Assembly: GCA_050331615.1 (NCBI GenBank)
Contig: JBHJGR010000073.1
Location: 1-59,088 of the forward strand
Direction: 5' to 3'
Length of the DNA stretch: 59,088 nt
Source: Elainellaceae cyanobacterium
GTDB lineage: Bacteria > Cyanobacteriota > Cyanobacteriia > CAKZMO01
Within the stretch, counting starts at the first letter, position 1. Every line of letters starts with the position of its first letter. Below the pieces are notes generated by a model that saw nothing but the letters and a program-made list of their open reading frames with translations, did no database searches and had not been told where the DNA came from. The translations under genes were made by a program, and so were the position numbers. Positions 26,530-36,047 of the stretch are shown piece after piece.

Positions 26530-27213
26530 ATGAGCAGAGCATTCAGACATTTAGATACCATTACGGCACTGTTTGTGGCGGTGCTGCTAATTTCTAATAT
26601 TGCATCAACGAAAATTGTCGATTTTGGCCCATTTACCTTTGACGGGGGGACCCTGCTGTTTCCTCTGAGCTACATCTTTGGTGACATTCTCACTGAAGTT
26701 TATGGCTATGCCCGCTCCCGCAAGGTCATCTGGCTTGGGTTTCTATCGGCTTTTATCCTGTCAGTGACGCTAATCATTGTTGGGGCACTGCCTCCTGCCG
26801 CCGACTGGGAGTATCAGGCCGCCTATGACCAGATTCTGGGACTCACCCCCCGCATCGTTGCCGGTAGCCTCATCGCCTACTTTGCCGGTGGGTTTTCCAA
26901 CTCGTTTACGCTGGCCAAGCTCAAGCTCCTCACCCAAGGGCGGCAGCTCTGGCTCCGCACCATTGGCTCTACCCTCATCGGTCAACTGGTGGACACGGCC
27001 CTATTTGTGGTCGTTGCCTTTACAGGCGTTCTGTCCGGCTCTTTGCTGGCGACTATCATTCTGTCAAACTATCTATTTAAGTGTGGGGTAGAAATTCTTT
27101 TTACTCCCGTCACCTACTGGATCACAAATTGGCTGAAGCAGCAGGAGCGGGAGGATTTTTATGACGTTAACACAGACTTTAATCCCTTTCGCGTCATCCA
27201 AAGTCGCCAGTGA
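26530..27213 (+). CDS. yhhQ: queuosine precursor transporter (YhhQ / VUT family)
   Basis: A polytopic membrane protein with LLFPLSYIFGDILTEVYGYARSRKVIW and GSTLIGQLVDTALFV, as in the YhhQ/DUF165 family. Confidence 0.8.
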   Translation: MSRAFRHLDTITALFVAVLLISNIASTKIVDFGPFTFDGGTLLFPLSYIFGDILTEVYGYARSRKVIWLGFLSAFILSVTLIIVGALPPAADWEYQAAYDQILGLTPRIVAGSLIAYFAGGFSNSFTLAKLKLLTQGRQLWLRTIGSTLIGQLVDTALFVVVAFTGVLSGSLLATIILSNYLFKCGVEILFTPVTYWITNWLKQQEREDFYDVNTDFNPFRVIQSRQ

Positions 27214-27405
27214 AGTCCCGTGATCACTCGGTTTTGAGTCCGTGGCTTATGCTGAAGAATTGGGCAGGATAGGTCTATGTCAGATTGAAAAACGTCATAT
27301 AGCATCAGGAAATAGAACGGGGACTGGCGTAGAACAAACTAGAGCAAGGCCACGCTGCACTAATTTCGCTCTTAACCGCTACTGCCCCGACTGAGAGAGG
27401 TTGTT

Positions 27406-27648
27406 ATGGATTTGGTTTGTATCGTTTCACTGGCGATCGCGATCGCCTCCTTCAATATCGGCACCCACTTGAGCGAAGAAGCGGAGGGAATCACCGTCCT
27501 CGCCCTCGTTGCCTGCGTAGTATCAGCCATGCTCTGTTTGATCTACCTGCCCATGATTCTTAAACTCGCGATTCTGCTCATGCTGCTCGGCAGCAAACTC
27601 TACTGGCCCACGTCCAGTGGCTCAACTGAGCGATCGCATCACATCTAG
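27406..27648 (+). CDS. small membrane protein (80 aa, 2 TM), hypothetical
   Basis: GAGAGAGG lies upstream of the ATG. There are two clear hydrophobic helices. Confidence 0.45.
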   Translation: MDLVCIVSLAIAIASFNIGTHLSEEAEGITVLALVACVVSAMLCLIYLPMILKLAILLMLLGSKLYWPTSSGSTERSHHI

Positions 27649-27737
27649 CCACTGCTCCTTTCCCACACCTGTTCCCCGAGCCGGGAAAAACGCCGTATGA
27701 TAGAGGAGAAGCTTAAGAAGTGTAAACAGAACTGACG

Positions 27738-28634
27738 GTGTCCACTCAATCCCTGACGGCAACCCCGGCCTACGAAAAGTCCACCTGGCAGTGGCGCGGC
27801 TATTCAATTTGCTACACCGCATCGGGTGAGGGGCCGCCCCTCGTTCTCATTCACGGTTTTGGGGCGTCTATCGACCACTGGCGGAAAAATATCCCCGTAT
27901 TGGCGGCAGCGGGCTACCGGGTTTATGCCCTAGATTTGCTGGGGTTTGGCGGCTCGGATAAGCCTGTGCAAGACTACACAATGGAGCTGTGGGTAGAACT
28001 GCTCCACGACTTCTGGAAAGCCCACGTCCAGACGCCCGCCGTATTTATCGGCAACTCCATCGGTGGCTTGATGGCGCTGATGGTGCTGGCCCAGCATCCG
28101 GCGATCGCCCGGGCCGGCGTGCTGCTGAACCCTGCGGGCGGGCTCAATCACCGTCCAGAGGAGCTCAACCTCCCCCTGCGGCTGGTCATGGGAACCTTCA
28201 GCAAAGTCATCAGTGCACCCGTGATCGGTCAGTTCCTGTTTGACCGCATTCGCCAGAAGTCGCGCCTGCGCTCCACGCTGAAGCAGGTTTACTGCGATCG
28301 CGATGCCATCACCGACGACCTGGTCGATATCATCTACCAGCCCACCTGTGCGCCAACCGCGCCCAAGGTTTTTGCCTCGATTATTACAGCACCACCAGGG
28401 CCAAGTCCGACCGAACTGCTTCCCAAAGTTGCTCAGCCCCTCCTCGTGCTCTGGGGCGACGCCGATCCGTGGACACCAATTTCAGGCTCACAGATTTATC
28501 AGGATCTAGCCGTGCAAGAGCCCGAACGGGTTCAGTTCTATCCTATTGCGCAAACCGGGCACTGCCCTCACGACGAGCACCCCGGCCAGGTGAATCCAAA
28601 GATCCTGGACTGGCTGTCGGCAATATCCCTCTAG
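27738..28634 (+). CDS. alpha/beta hydrolase fold protein
   Basis: LVLIHGFGASIDHWRKNIP, ALDLLGFGGSDKP, the nucleophile elbow GNSIGG, and a C-terminal GHCPHDEHP. Confidence 0.88.
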   Translation: MSTQSLTATPAYEKSTWQWRGYSICYTASGEGPPLVLIHGFGASIDHWRKNIPVLAAAGYRVYALDLLGFGGSDKPVQDYTMELWVELLHDFWKAHVQTPAVFIGNSIGGLMALMVLAQHPAIARAGVLLNPAGGLNHRPEELNLPLRLVMGTFSKVISAPVIGQFLFDRIRQKSRLRSTLKQVYCDRDAITDDLVDIIYQPTCAPTAPKVFASIITAPPGPSPTELLPKVAQPLLVLWGDADPWTPISGSQIYQDLAVQEPERVQFYPIAQTGHCPHDEHPGQVNPKILDWLSAISL

Positions 28635-28704
28635 CTGGCGGTGATTTTGTCCAGTAATCATGAAGTATAGATGAGTCGAGGTTCGGGTTGGTACACTGGA
28701 AGCT

Positions 28705-28791
28705 AAGTAGGTCGGCATAATTAAATTCATGTTAGAAAACCGGGGGAGCGCCCCGGTTTTCTAACCTTCGTTTTTCAACGCAGTTCTACTT
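28705..28791 (+). mobile_element. MITE-B copy
   Basis: AAGTAGGTCGGCATAATTAAATTCATGTTAGAAAACCGGGGGAGCGCCCCGGTTTTCTAACCTTCGTTTTTCAACGCAGTTCTACTT. It has 6-bp terminal inverted repeats and a central 22-bp-class hairpin. Confidence 0.8.
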
Positions 28792-28835
28792 AGTCGATAT
28801 CTTGTCTGCTGTTTACAATTCTGGTACTCCGCGCC

Positions 28836-29402
28836 ATGCCTTTTGCCATCGCCCCCCATCTCGGAGCATTTCTGCCGCTCGATAGTCTGCTGTCAACGCA
28901 GGGCATCATGGTGATGCTGCTGGTGGCCTACGCCGGGGCAATGTGGTTATTCCTGACGAGTGCCCCAAAGGTTTACACCATTATGGTGTCTGACATCGAA
29001 ATCGCCCGCGATTTCTATGAAGGCGTTCTCAACCTGCCGGTGGCCGACGTGCCCCTGCACTATTACTACAACTACGAACAAACGCTGGGGGCCACTGCCG
29101 TGGATCCCCTCTATGCCTCATCGGGATTGGGCACATCTGGCGTCGGTAGCTACAGCGGTGCGCCGGACGGGCTCTGGTATCAGATCAAGAAAAACACCCA
29201 GCTCCATATCATCACAGGGGCAAGCCTGGGCACAAAGCAGCGTCAGCGCCACGTCTGCTTCGACCACGACTGCCTAGAGCAGGTGCTCATGCGCGTGCAG
29301 ACGCGAGGCATTAAGCACAAAATTCGTCGTGACAAGCCGCTGAACTTTCTCGTTAAAGACTGGGATGGCCGGACCATCGAAATGGCAGAGGTGTCTAACT
29401 AG
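28836..29402 (+). CDS. VOC (glyoxalase/bleomycin-resistance) family protein with an N-terminal TM segment
   Basis: IMVSDIEIARDFYEGVLNLPVAD... and ...HVCFDHDCLEQVLMRVQTRGIKHK fit the VOC beta-alpha-beta-beta-beta module. Confidence 0.6.
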   Translation: MPFAIAPHLGAFLPLDSLLSTQGIMVMLLVAYAGAMWLFLTSAPKVYTIMVSDIEIARDFYEGVLNLPVADVPLHYYYNYEQTLGATAVDPLYASSGLGTSGVGSYSGAPDGLWYQIKKNTQLHIITGASLGTKQRQRHVCFDHDCLEQVLMRVQTRGIKHKIRRDKPLNFLVKDWDGRTIEMAEVSN

Positions 29403-29477
29403 AGGTTCCAATCGAAAGATTTATCACCAGGTAAGGCGATTTCTGGGAAAAATTCTACCCCCAGTTAAACGGTCGGC

Positions 29478-29501
29478 AGGGGCAAATGGCCATTTGCCCC
29501 T
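29478..29501. repeat. REP-A palindromic repeat AGGGGCAAATGGCCATTTGCCCCT
   Basis: Identical to 11983-12006, with similar ~25-nt flanks on both sides. It lies 76 nt after the VOC gene stop. Confidence 0.9.
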
Positions 29502-29643
29502 ACGTCATCGGGTAGGACATTTTCAAAAACCTCCTAAGTGCATGGCCATAAATAAAAGCCATTGGGATGCGCACCCCCCGCAGGTGCGAACCCGAAGAAG
29601 ATGTAATCAAAGCTGCTCAAGCACTTAGATTCCTCAAAGGAGC

Positions 29644-30336
29644 TTACCCCGGCTCCGCTTCAGAGAAATCTCGCCGCACAGTATAGCTGCCAACAATGAT
29701 GCGAGCGTCACTGTTGTAGCTGCTGTAGGTCTGCCCGACCCCATGTAGTTTGAGGATAAAAAGGGTATTATGATGCTCCTCAATGAAGCTGAGGGCATCC
29801 AGTTCCTCGCCCTCCTGGTTGACGCCTGTCCAGGCAAGACGTAGACTGCCATCCGCCTGCTCTTCAGCAGCTCCCTGCCAGGTAACCTCGGCCAAGTCAG
29901 CCTGGATTGCCTGCTTGAGCCGCGCTTCCAGCTCGGTCAGAGGGAGGGAGCTTGCCTCAGCTTCTGCAACGGCTTCCGTCTCAGAGTTCTTCGTCTCTAG
30001 ATAGACGATTTCACCCCTGAAACCCCCATCGGGCGATTGAAAGGTCATTCCCTGCGGCTCAGAGGTATAGGCGTACCCAGCGGGCAAGGCCAGGGCAAAC
30101 ATGCCATTCTCGTCCTGATAGATCTGGGCATCATCCGGCAAAGCTGAGGTCGTTTGATCTGGCGGCTCGGGGATCGGCGTAATTGGACGGGGCGGCGATT
30201 GGGGAAAGTTTGAACTGGCAGGAGGTGCAACAGCGGATTGGGGTCCCTGGCAGGAGGCGATCGCCACCGCCCCAGCAACCCAAAGCAAACGATAGGAAAT
30301 CATACGGCGTAAGGAGTTAAACGAAATTATTTTCAT
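29644..30336 (-). CDS. putative lipoprotein (PsbP/Mog1-like fold guess), hypothetical
   Basis: The signal peptide with lipobox is MKIISFNSLRRMISYRLLWVAGAVAIASC. The start is ATG 30336 or ATG 30303. The part of the ORF upstream of 30336 is REP-C sequence. Confidence 0.6.
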   Translation of the reverse strand: MKIISFNSLRRMISYRLLWVAGAVAIASCQGPQSAVAPPASSNFPQSPPRPITPIPEPPDQTTSALPDDAQIYQDENGMFALALPAGYAYTSEPQGMTFQSPDGGFRGEIVYLETKNSETEAVAEAEASSLPLTELEARLKQAIQADLAEVTWQGAAEEQADGSLRLAWTGVNQEGEELDALSFIEEHHNTLFILKLHGVGQTYSSYNSDARIIVGSYTVRRDFSEAEPG

Positions 30337-30406
30337 GGAGGTATGCGCCCCCGGCAGGGGCACACCCCCCCGCGAGATGTAACTAATTGTGCTTGAGCAC
30401 TCAGGT
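30316..30406 (-). repeat. REP-C element
   Basis: GTTAAACGAAATTATTTTCATGG / GTATGCGCCCCCGGCAGGGGCACAC / ...TAATTGTGCTTGAGCACTCAGGT. Confidence 0.75.
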
Positions 30407-30441
30407 ATCAATAGCGGGAAAAAGGTCCGTTTCTTGTGACG

Positions 30442-31965
30442 CTAAGCCGGAGGATTAAGTTCTTCCACTTTTTCCGGTTTGAGTAGGGGAAAGGCGATCG
30501 CGTCCCGAATGCTGGCACAGTCACAGAGGAGCATAACGAGGCGATCGATGCCAACGCCCAAGCCACCTGTGGGCGGCATGCCGTATTCCAGGGCAGTGAG
30601 AAAATCTTCGTCCACCCCGTGGGCCTCCAAGTCGCCAGCGGCTTTGCGGGCTGCCTGGGCCTCCAACCGGGTCCGCTGGTCGAGGGGATCGGTCAGCTCG
30701 GAAAAGCTATTGGCAGTTTCTCGGCCAACGATAAATAGCTCAAATCGCTCCACCAGCCCTGGCTTAGAGCGGTGGGGCTTGGCCAGGGGAGAAATTTCCA
30801 CCGGGTAATCAATCACAAACGTCGGCTGCATCAGGGTGGACTCGACGGTTTGCTCGAAGGCTTCGTTGAGGACGTGACCGATGCTCTCACACTTGGCTAC
30901 GTCTGTGACCCCAGCCTGTTTAGCGGCGTCTTGCGCTGCCGCTAAATCGGTAAACTGGGAAAAATCGATCCCGGTTTTCTCCCGCACCAGGTCGTGCATG
31001 GTGGCCCGCTTCCAGGGAGGAGTCAGATCGATCGTGTCCCCCTGGTAAGGAATGGAGAGAGTGCCGAGGACGTCTTGGGCGATCGCCGCAATCATCTGCT
31101 CCGTCAGCGCCATCATGTCGTTGTAGTCGGCATAAGCCTGATAGAGCTCCAGGGTGGTAAATTCCGGGTTGTGGCGGGTGGAAACGCCCTCGTTGCGGAA
31201 GACGCGCCCCAGCTCAAAGACCCGCTCGAAGCCGCCGACAATGAGCCGCTTCAGGTGGAGTTCCGTGGCGATGCGCAGATACAGTTCGGTTTCCAAAGTG
31301 TTGTGATAGGTGACAAACGGACGCGCCTCCGCGCCCCCCGCCTCGGGATGCAGCACGGGAGTATCGATCTCGATAAAGCCGCGATCGTCCAGGAAGCGGC
31401 GAATCGCTGCCGTAATCTGGGCTCGGCGGCGGAAGGTTTGTCGCACGTCGGGGTTAACGATCAGGTCTACATAGCGCTGGCGATACCGCTTCTCAATATC
31501 CGTCAGGCCGTGCCACTTATCCGGTAAGGGCAGGATGGCCTTCGTCAGGACAGTGTAGTGGCTGACGTTGACCGAAAGCTCGCCCTTGTCGGTCCGCCGC
31601 ACCGAACCTTTTACCCCCAAAATGTCCCCTACGTCGGTGAGCTGCTTCAGGTGGGTGAAGGCATCCCCATCCACCGCTGCCATGGTCTCCTGGATTTTTT
31701 TCTTATCCAGGTAGAGCTGAATCGTTCCCGTTTCATCTTGGAGGGTGAAAAAGGCGAGCTTGCCGAATACGCGACGAGCCAGAATGCGTCCGGCGATCGC
31801 CACCTCCACCTCTACCTCCTTTCCGGGGGGCAGGTCGGCATACTGGGACTGCAGCTCAGCCGCATGGTGGGTCGAGTCCCACTTGTAGGCGTAAGGGTTT
31901 AGCCCCAATTGCTGAAGCTGATTGGCTTTTTCGATACGAGTAGCGCGGAGGTCATCAGAGGCCAT
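30442..31965 (-). CDS. lysS: lysine--tRNA ligase (class II)
   Basis: An OB-fold N-terminus and class II motifs: [36 protein letters not shown]. Confidence 0.95.
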   Translation of the reverse strand: MASDDLRATRIEKANQLQQLGLNPYAYKWDSTHHAAELQSQYADLPPGKEVEVEVAIAGRILARRVFGKLAFFTLQDETGTIQLYLDKKKIQETMAAVDGDAFTHLKQLTDVGDILGVKGSVRRTDKGELSVNVSHYTVLTKAILPLPDKWHGLTDIEKRYRQRYVDLIVNPDVRQTFRRRAQITAAIRRFLDDRGFIEIDTPVLHPEAGGAEARPFVTYHNTLETELYLRIATELHLKRLIVGGFERVFELGRVFRNEGVSTRHNPEFTTLELYQAYADYNDMMALTEQMIAAIAQDVLGTLSIPYQGDTIDLTPPWKRATMHDLVREKTGIDFSQFTDLAAAQDAAKQAGVTDVAKCESIGHVLNEAFEQTVESTLMQPTFVIDYPVEISPLAKPHRSKPGLVERFELFIVGRETANSFSELTDPLDQRTRLEAQAARKAAGDLEAHGVDEDFLTALEYGMPPTGGLGVGIDRLVMLLCDCASIRDAIAFPLLKPEKVEELNPPA

Positions 31966-32061
31966 AGTTCAGAGGGGTCGGGAGGCTCCAGTCCGGGTGA
32001 GGAATTCTTTACAGGTTAGTCACAAGTAACCTAGTCTAGTGCAAAATGAACTCCAGCCGCA

Positions 32062-32886
32062 TTAATCCTGCTGATTGGAAAACTGGTAAGCTCCCACTGC
32101 TGAGAGCACCACCGCCACTGCCAGCAGGATGGGGAGGCTGTACCAGGGGAACTCACCCAGAGGCAGGTAGGCCGCCGCCCGTAGCCCTAGGCTGGTATAG
32201 GTGAGGGGCAGGCAGTAAACCAGGATTTGCAGCAGGGCTGGGAGGGTTTGGGGATCAAAAAACGTGGCTCCCAGAAAAGACATCGGTACGATGAGAAAGT
32301 TGTTGAGCAGGCCCACGTTTTCCAGGGACTTCACGTTGAGCCCGACGATCACCCCCAGCCCAGCAAATATGGCGCAATTGAGCACCAATACTAGCAGAAA
32401 GAGGGGGCTCAGAAAGCTCCAGTCACCCGTTACCACTAGAGCAATGAGAATCACTGAGGCGGAGGTCAACAACCCACGCACCACTCCCGCCAGCATCTTG
32501 CCCAGAAACAGCGCCAGGGGATGCACGGGCAGCAGCAGAATTTCTTCAAAGGTCTTAGTGTAGAGGCGCTCGCCGCAAATCGAGAAGGTAGTCCCACCAA
32601 AGCTAATGGTCATGGAGGACAGAGCCACCATTCCCGGTAGGATAAATTCTAGGTAGTTGTCTCCGGCAGGGGGGGAAATGGCCCGGTCGATGGCGCTCCC
32701 CAACCCCAAGCCGAAGGCTAGCAGGTAAATCAGTGGGGACACTAGCCCAGACGCGGCTACCTGGGGAATGCGTACCCGCAGGTCGAGCCAGTCGCCCCAG
32801 AAGACCGTAAGGCTATCGGCCAGGATGGTCCGTAGCCAGGTGAACTGAGATGGGTCTTCGAGCTTGGGCAAAGATTTGAAACTCAC
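32062..32886 (-). CDS. ABC-2 type transporter permease (Ycf38-like); no adjacent ATPase gene
   Basis: A six-TM ABC-2 pattern. GTG start. The upstream region is a divergent intergenic spacer. Confidence 0.75.
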   Translation of the reverse strand: MSFKSLPKLEDPSQFTWLRTILADSLTVFWGDWLDLRVRIPQVAASGLVSPLIYLLAFGLGLGSAIDRAISPPAGDNYLEFILPGMVALSSMTISFGGTTFSICGERLYTKTFEEILLLPVHPLALFLGKMLAGVVRGLLTSASVILIALVVTGDWSFLSPLFLLVLVLNCAIFAGLGVIVGLNVKSLENVGLLNNFLIVPMSFLGATFFDPQTLPALLQILVYCLPLTYTSLGLRAAAYLPLGEFPWYSLPILLAVAVVLSAVGAYQFSNQQD

Positions 32887-32924
32887 AAGGTTAATTGAGT
32901 ATAGATTGCAATCGGGTCATCTTA

Positions 32925-32998
32925 ATTTTGGCATCGATTGTGAAGGTGGAGTGGCTAGATTTTGGCAGCGGGAGCCTGAAACCGGAAGGATTTTGGCA
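32925..32998. promoter_or_regulatory. three direct ATTTTGGCA repeats in a divergent promoter region
   Basis: ATTTTGGCA occurs at 32925, 32959 and 32990, a spacing of 34 and 31 bp. The repeats lie between the divergent ABC-2 permease gene and the 33100 gene. Confidence 0.3.
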
Positions 32999-33099
32999 AG
33001 ATTCTGGAAAGATTCTGCCCCGATGTCATTCTCTGCCAACGGGCTTTAAACTAGAGATATTATCCAGCTATAGTCCTGGTTCAGTTTTTACCATTCTCT

Positions 33100-33702
33100 A
33101 TGAAGCGTAGACCCAAACCTCCTTCGCGCCCGCCCGCTCGATACGGCGATCGCTACACCGACCGCGACGACCGCACCGATCGCCTCCCTGAGGCTCCACC
33201 AAAGCAACCGTCCATTGGTGCGATGATTAACTCGACCACTCTGGCCATTCTGGGTGCCGTCCTGGTGCTGGGGATCGGCCTGGGAGCGTTTTTTGGCTAC
33301 TCGGCCAACTTCTCCACCGAAAACGTCGCCTCCCGCGTAGTCATCGAGGAAAGCGTCGCCAACCCAGAGGTCTGCGCCCAGTATGGAGCGGGCGCAATCA
33401 CGGTAGACCTGAGGGCTTTTGTTACCCTCAACCCCTTTAAGGTCTTCATCTCCCAGCCCCTCATGCAGCCTGGATGTGTGCTGCGTAGCAATAACTGGGC
33501 CGTGCTAGAGAAGCGGGACCTAGTTTCCCAGGAAGACGTGCGCCAGTGTAAGCAGCGCATGAACACCTTCGGGTTCACTGGCGATATCGCTAAGGCCGAT
33601 TCCCAGCCCAAAGTAGACTGCGTCTACGAGAACGATAGTGCCCGCAACCTGTTCTTACGAACGGGCATCGGCGGCACCCGGCCTGAGAGCGATCGCTTCT
33701 AA
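33100..33702 (+). CDS. conserved-looking membrane-anchored hypothetical protein (possibly DUF3172)
   Basis: A basic, disordered N-terminus, one TM segment (TTLAILGAVLVLGIGLGAFFGY), then a Cys-containing soluble domain. The family assignment is from memory only. Confidence 0.6.
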   Translation: MKRRPKPPSRPPARYGDRYTDRDDRTDRLPEAPPKQPSIGAMINSTTLAILGAVLVLGIGLGAFFGYSANFSTENVASRVVIEESVANPEVCAQYGAGAITVDLRAFVTLNPFKVFISQPLMQPGCVLRSNNWAVLEKRDLVSQEDVRQCKQRMNTFGFTGDIAKADSQPKVDCVYENDSARNLFLRTGIGGTRPESDRF

Positions 33703-33756
33703 GCAGTTTCTAGCCACAGAAACCGATTACCGTTGCGCAGGCACCCTGCCTGCGCT

Positions 33757-34389
33757 CTATCTTTCTTCGTGGGGCTTGGCTGGACCGAGATACTTTTCCA
33801 AGTAAGGCGAAAACACCTCATAGATTAGCGTCAAGGGCTGGCCATTGTGCCAAAAGAGGTAGTAGCGCCCCCAGAATGGGCCTTCTTCCCCAAATGCGTT
33901 CTCCAGAATCGGCGAGTGTCCCAGATAGACGCCCTGCACATCCCGATACAGCTCCGTCCGGAGCTGCGCCAGACTTGCCCAAATTGGTAGGGAGCGGTTC
34001 CGGAGATAATCATCTACGTGGCTGGCCTCCCACCATGAGGTCGCATAGGCTAGACGCTGACCAGAAGCGGTGCGTAGCCAAACCTGCCGCCGTAGCCTCG
34101 GCCCCGGCACCATTTCAATCAGGCTGGGAGCGTTGTCTAAGTCGTCACCAATTAGCGACATATCAATCACATCCACCTCGGTCCGCTCCCCCGTGAGGAG
34201 CTGCAGGTGACGAGTGGGTGAACCGTCCCCCAGCAGGAGAATCTGCCAGGTAGGGGCGAGCTGATGGTGGGGGAGCCCCCGCTGGACCCAATCTTCACCA
34301 CCCTGCCAGAGGGGACGAAGGGGATGCCAGACGGTTGGGGAAGCTGTGATGTTGGTGGGAGGATGAGCTGGAGTCAATGTCCTTAACAA
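33757..34389 (-). CDS. chorismate lyase family protein (4-hydroxybenzoate-forming, UbiC-like)
   Basis: WQILLLGDGSPTRHLQLLTGERTEVDVI...RRQVWLRTASGQRLAYATSWW fits the cyanobacterial chorismate lyase/DUF98 pattern. The start is uncertain (TTG). Confidence 0.65.
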   Translation of the reverse strand: MLRTLTPAHPPTNITASPTVWHPLRPLWQGGEDWVQRGLPHHQLAPTWQILLLGDGSPTRHLQLLTGERTEVDVIDMSLIGDDLDNAPSLIEMVPGPRLRRQVWLRTASGQRLAYATSWWEASHVDDYLRNRSLPIWASLAQLRTELYRDVQGVYLGHSPILENAFGEEGPFWGRYYLFWHNGQPLTLIYEVFSPYLEKYLGPAKPHEER

Positions 34390-34486
34390 AAGTTAATTCA
34401 CTACCCGTCATCATAATACGGTCACCACTGACTCTGCATGTCTCTGCCACCCTTAATAGAAGGCATTAGACGGACCATAGCGGGCT

Positions 34487-35911
34487 CTACGCCGCTTCTG
34501 CTAGCGGTGGACGATGCTCCCAGGGATGAACGGCCTCAAGCTGGGCAGCGAGGGCGATAATCGTTGCCTCATCAGCCGGACGGCCCACGATTTGCACACC
34601 AGTAGGCAGACCATTTGTACCGAAGCCGGTTGGAAAAGCTACTACAGGCTGACCGGTGGCATTGAAGGGCGGACAGGGGGCGATCCACCGAGTAATCTCT
34701 TTTAGCGTATCCGCAGGGCTGAGGTCCGCCCATTGCTGCACTCGGATAGGCGGATGCAGATAGGTCGGCAGAACGACCGCATCAAACTGGCTGAGGTGAC
34801 CCACCACGCGCCGGGCGATCGCCTGCATTTGCCAGAGCGACTTGAGGTATTCCCCTGCCGAATCCTGATGGGAGAGATACCACTGGTTCATAGGACTGAG
34901 GGCTTCCGGGGGGATGCCGGCAGCGCCAATCCCAGCACGGAAGACGACGGTGAAGGGCTCAATTAGTTCTGAAATATCCAGGGCAGTTGGCTCCACCCGA
35001 TGTCCCAGGGTTTCCAGAAGCTGTACCGTGTCGTGGACAGCCTGCTGGCACGAGGTCTCGGCTTCGCCAACGGGCGGGATTGCGGTGAGGTAGCCAATGC
35101 GGAGCGATCGCCCCACTCCCTGTTGCGCTGCTTGCCGAGCCGTGGTTAGAAACGAGGGTTGGGGGGCAGGCAGCCAGTAGGGGTCGCCCGTCACATATCC
35201 AGCAAGGGCGTCGATAAAGGCGGCGGCGTCTGCTACGGTGCGGGCTAGGGAACCATTGGTGGCAATACCGCCGGGGGTGTCACCAATAGGGGCATAGGAA
35301 ACGCGCCCCCGTGCAGGTTTAATCCCCACCAGCCCACAGCAAAAGGCAGGTCCGCGAATTGAGCCGCCCCCATCTGATCCTTGGGCAATAGCGCACAGCC
35401 CCGCCGCCAGGGATGCTGCTGCGCCGCCGCTAGACCCTCCCGGCGTATAGTCCAGGTTCCAGGGGTTGCGGGTGGACGGCAGACCGTGGGGTTCGGTGTA
35501 GGGCAGAGTTCCCAGTTCGGGTGTGGCGGTTTTGCCCAGGATGATGAAGCCTGCCTGCCGGATACGGGTTACGGTGGCATCGTCGAAGGTGGCCATGTTG
35601 TCGGTGAGGGCGGCGGTGCCCAAGGTAAACCGCACGCCTTTCATGGGATTGAGGTCTTTAACGGAAATCGGCACACCGAAGAAGGGAGGCAGCTCGTCTG
35701 GGTCAGACGCTTTGGCGATCGCCTCGGTTTTCTCTGCGGCCTCCTGTAGCGCCCGCTCAGCGATGACGGTGATGTAGCTATTGATACGGGAGTCAATGGC
35801 CTGAATACGGCTGAGATAGAGTTCAACCAGTTCCACCGGAGAGACAGTCTTTTGGCGAATCAGGGCGGCTTGGTCGAGCGCTGGCGTAAATGCTAAATCA
35901 ACAGAATTCAT
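34487..35911 (-). CDS. amidase (amidase-signature family)
   Basis: The [10 protein letters not shown] motif, K in FGVPISVKD, and [12 protein letters not shown]. Confidence 0.9.
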   Translation of the reverse strand: MNSVDLAFTPALDQAALIRQKTVSPVELVELYLSRIQAIDSRINSYITVIAERALQEAAEKTEAIAKASDPDELPPFFGVPISVKDLNPMKGVRFTLGTAALTDNMATFDDATVTRIRQAGFIILGKTATPELGTLPYTEPHGLPSTRNPWNLDYTPGGSSGGAAASLAAGLCAIAQGSDGGGSIRGPAFCCGLVGIKPARGRVSYAPIGDTPGGIATNGSLARTVADAAAFIDALAGYVTGDPYWLPAPQPSFLTTARQAAQQGVGRSLRIGYLTAIPPVGEAETSCQQAVHDTVQLLETLGHRVEPTALDISELIEPFTVVFRAGIGAAGIPPEALSPMNQWYLSHQDSAGEYLKSLWQMQAIARRVVGHLSQFDAVVLPTYLHPPIRVQQWADLSPADTLKEITRWIAPCPPFNATGQPVVAFPTGFGTNGLPTGVQIVGRPADEATIIALAAQLEAVHPWEHRPPLAEAA

Positions 35912-36047
35912 GACTTCCAGGAGCGCAGATCACTATAGCTGACTCTAACAGCAAATTCCCGTGTTCCCCAGTGATTTCAGATCCAGTTTGGAAATTGGCG
36001 ATCGCCAACCTAGCCGCCGTCTCCTTGTTCATGCTTTTAAGGGAAAA

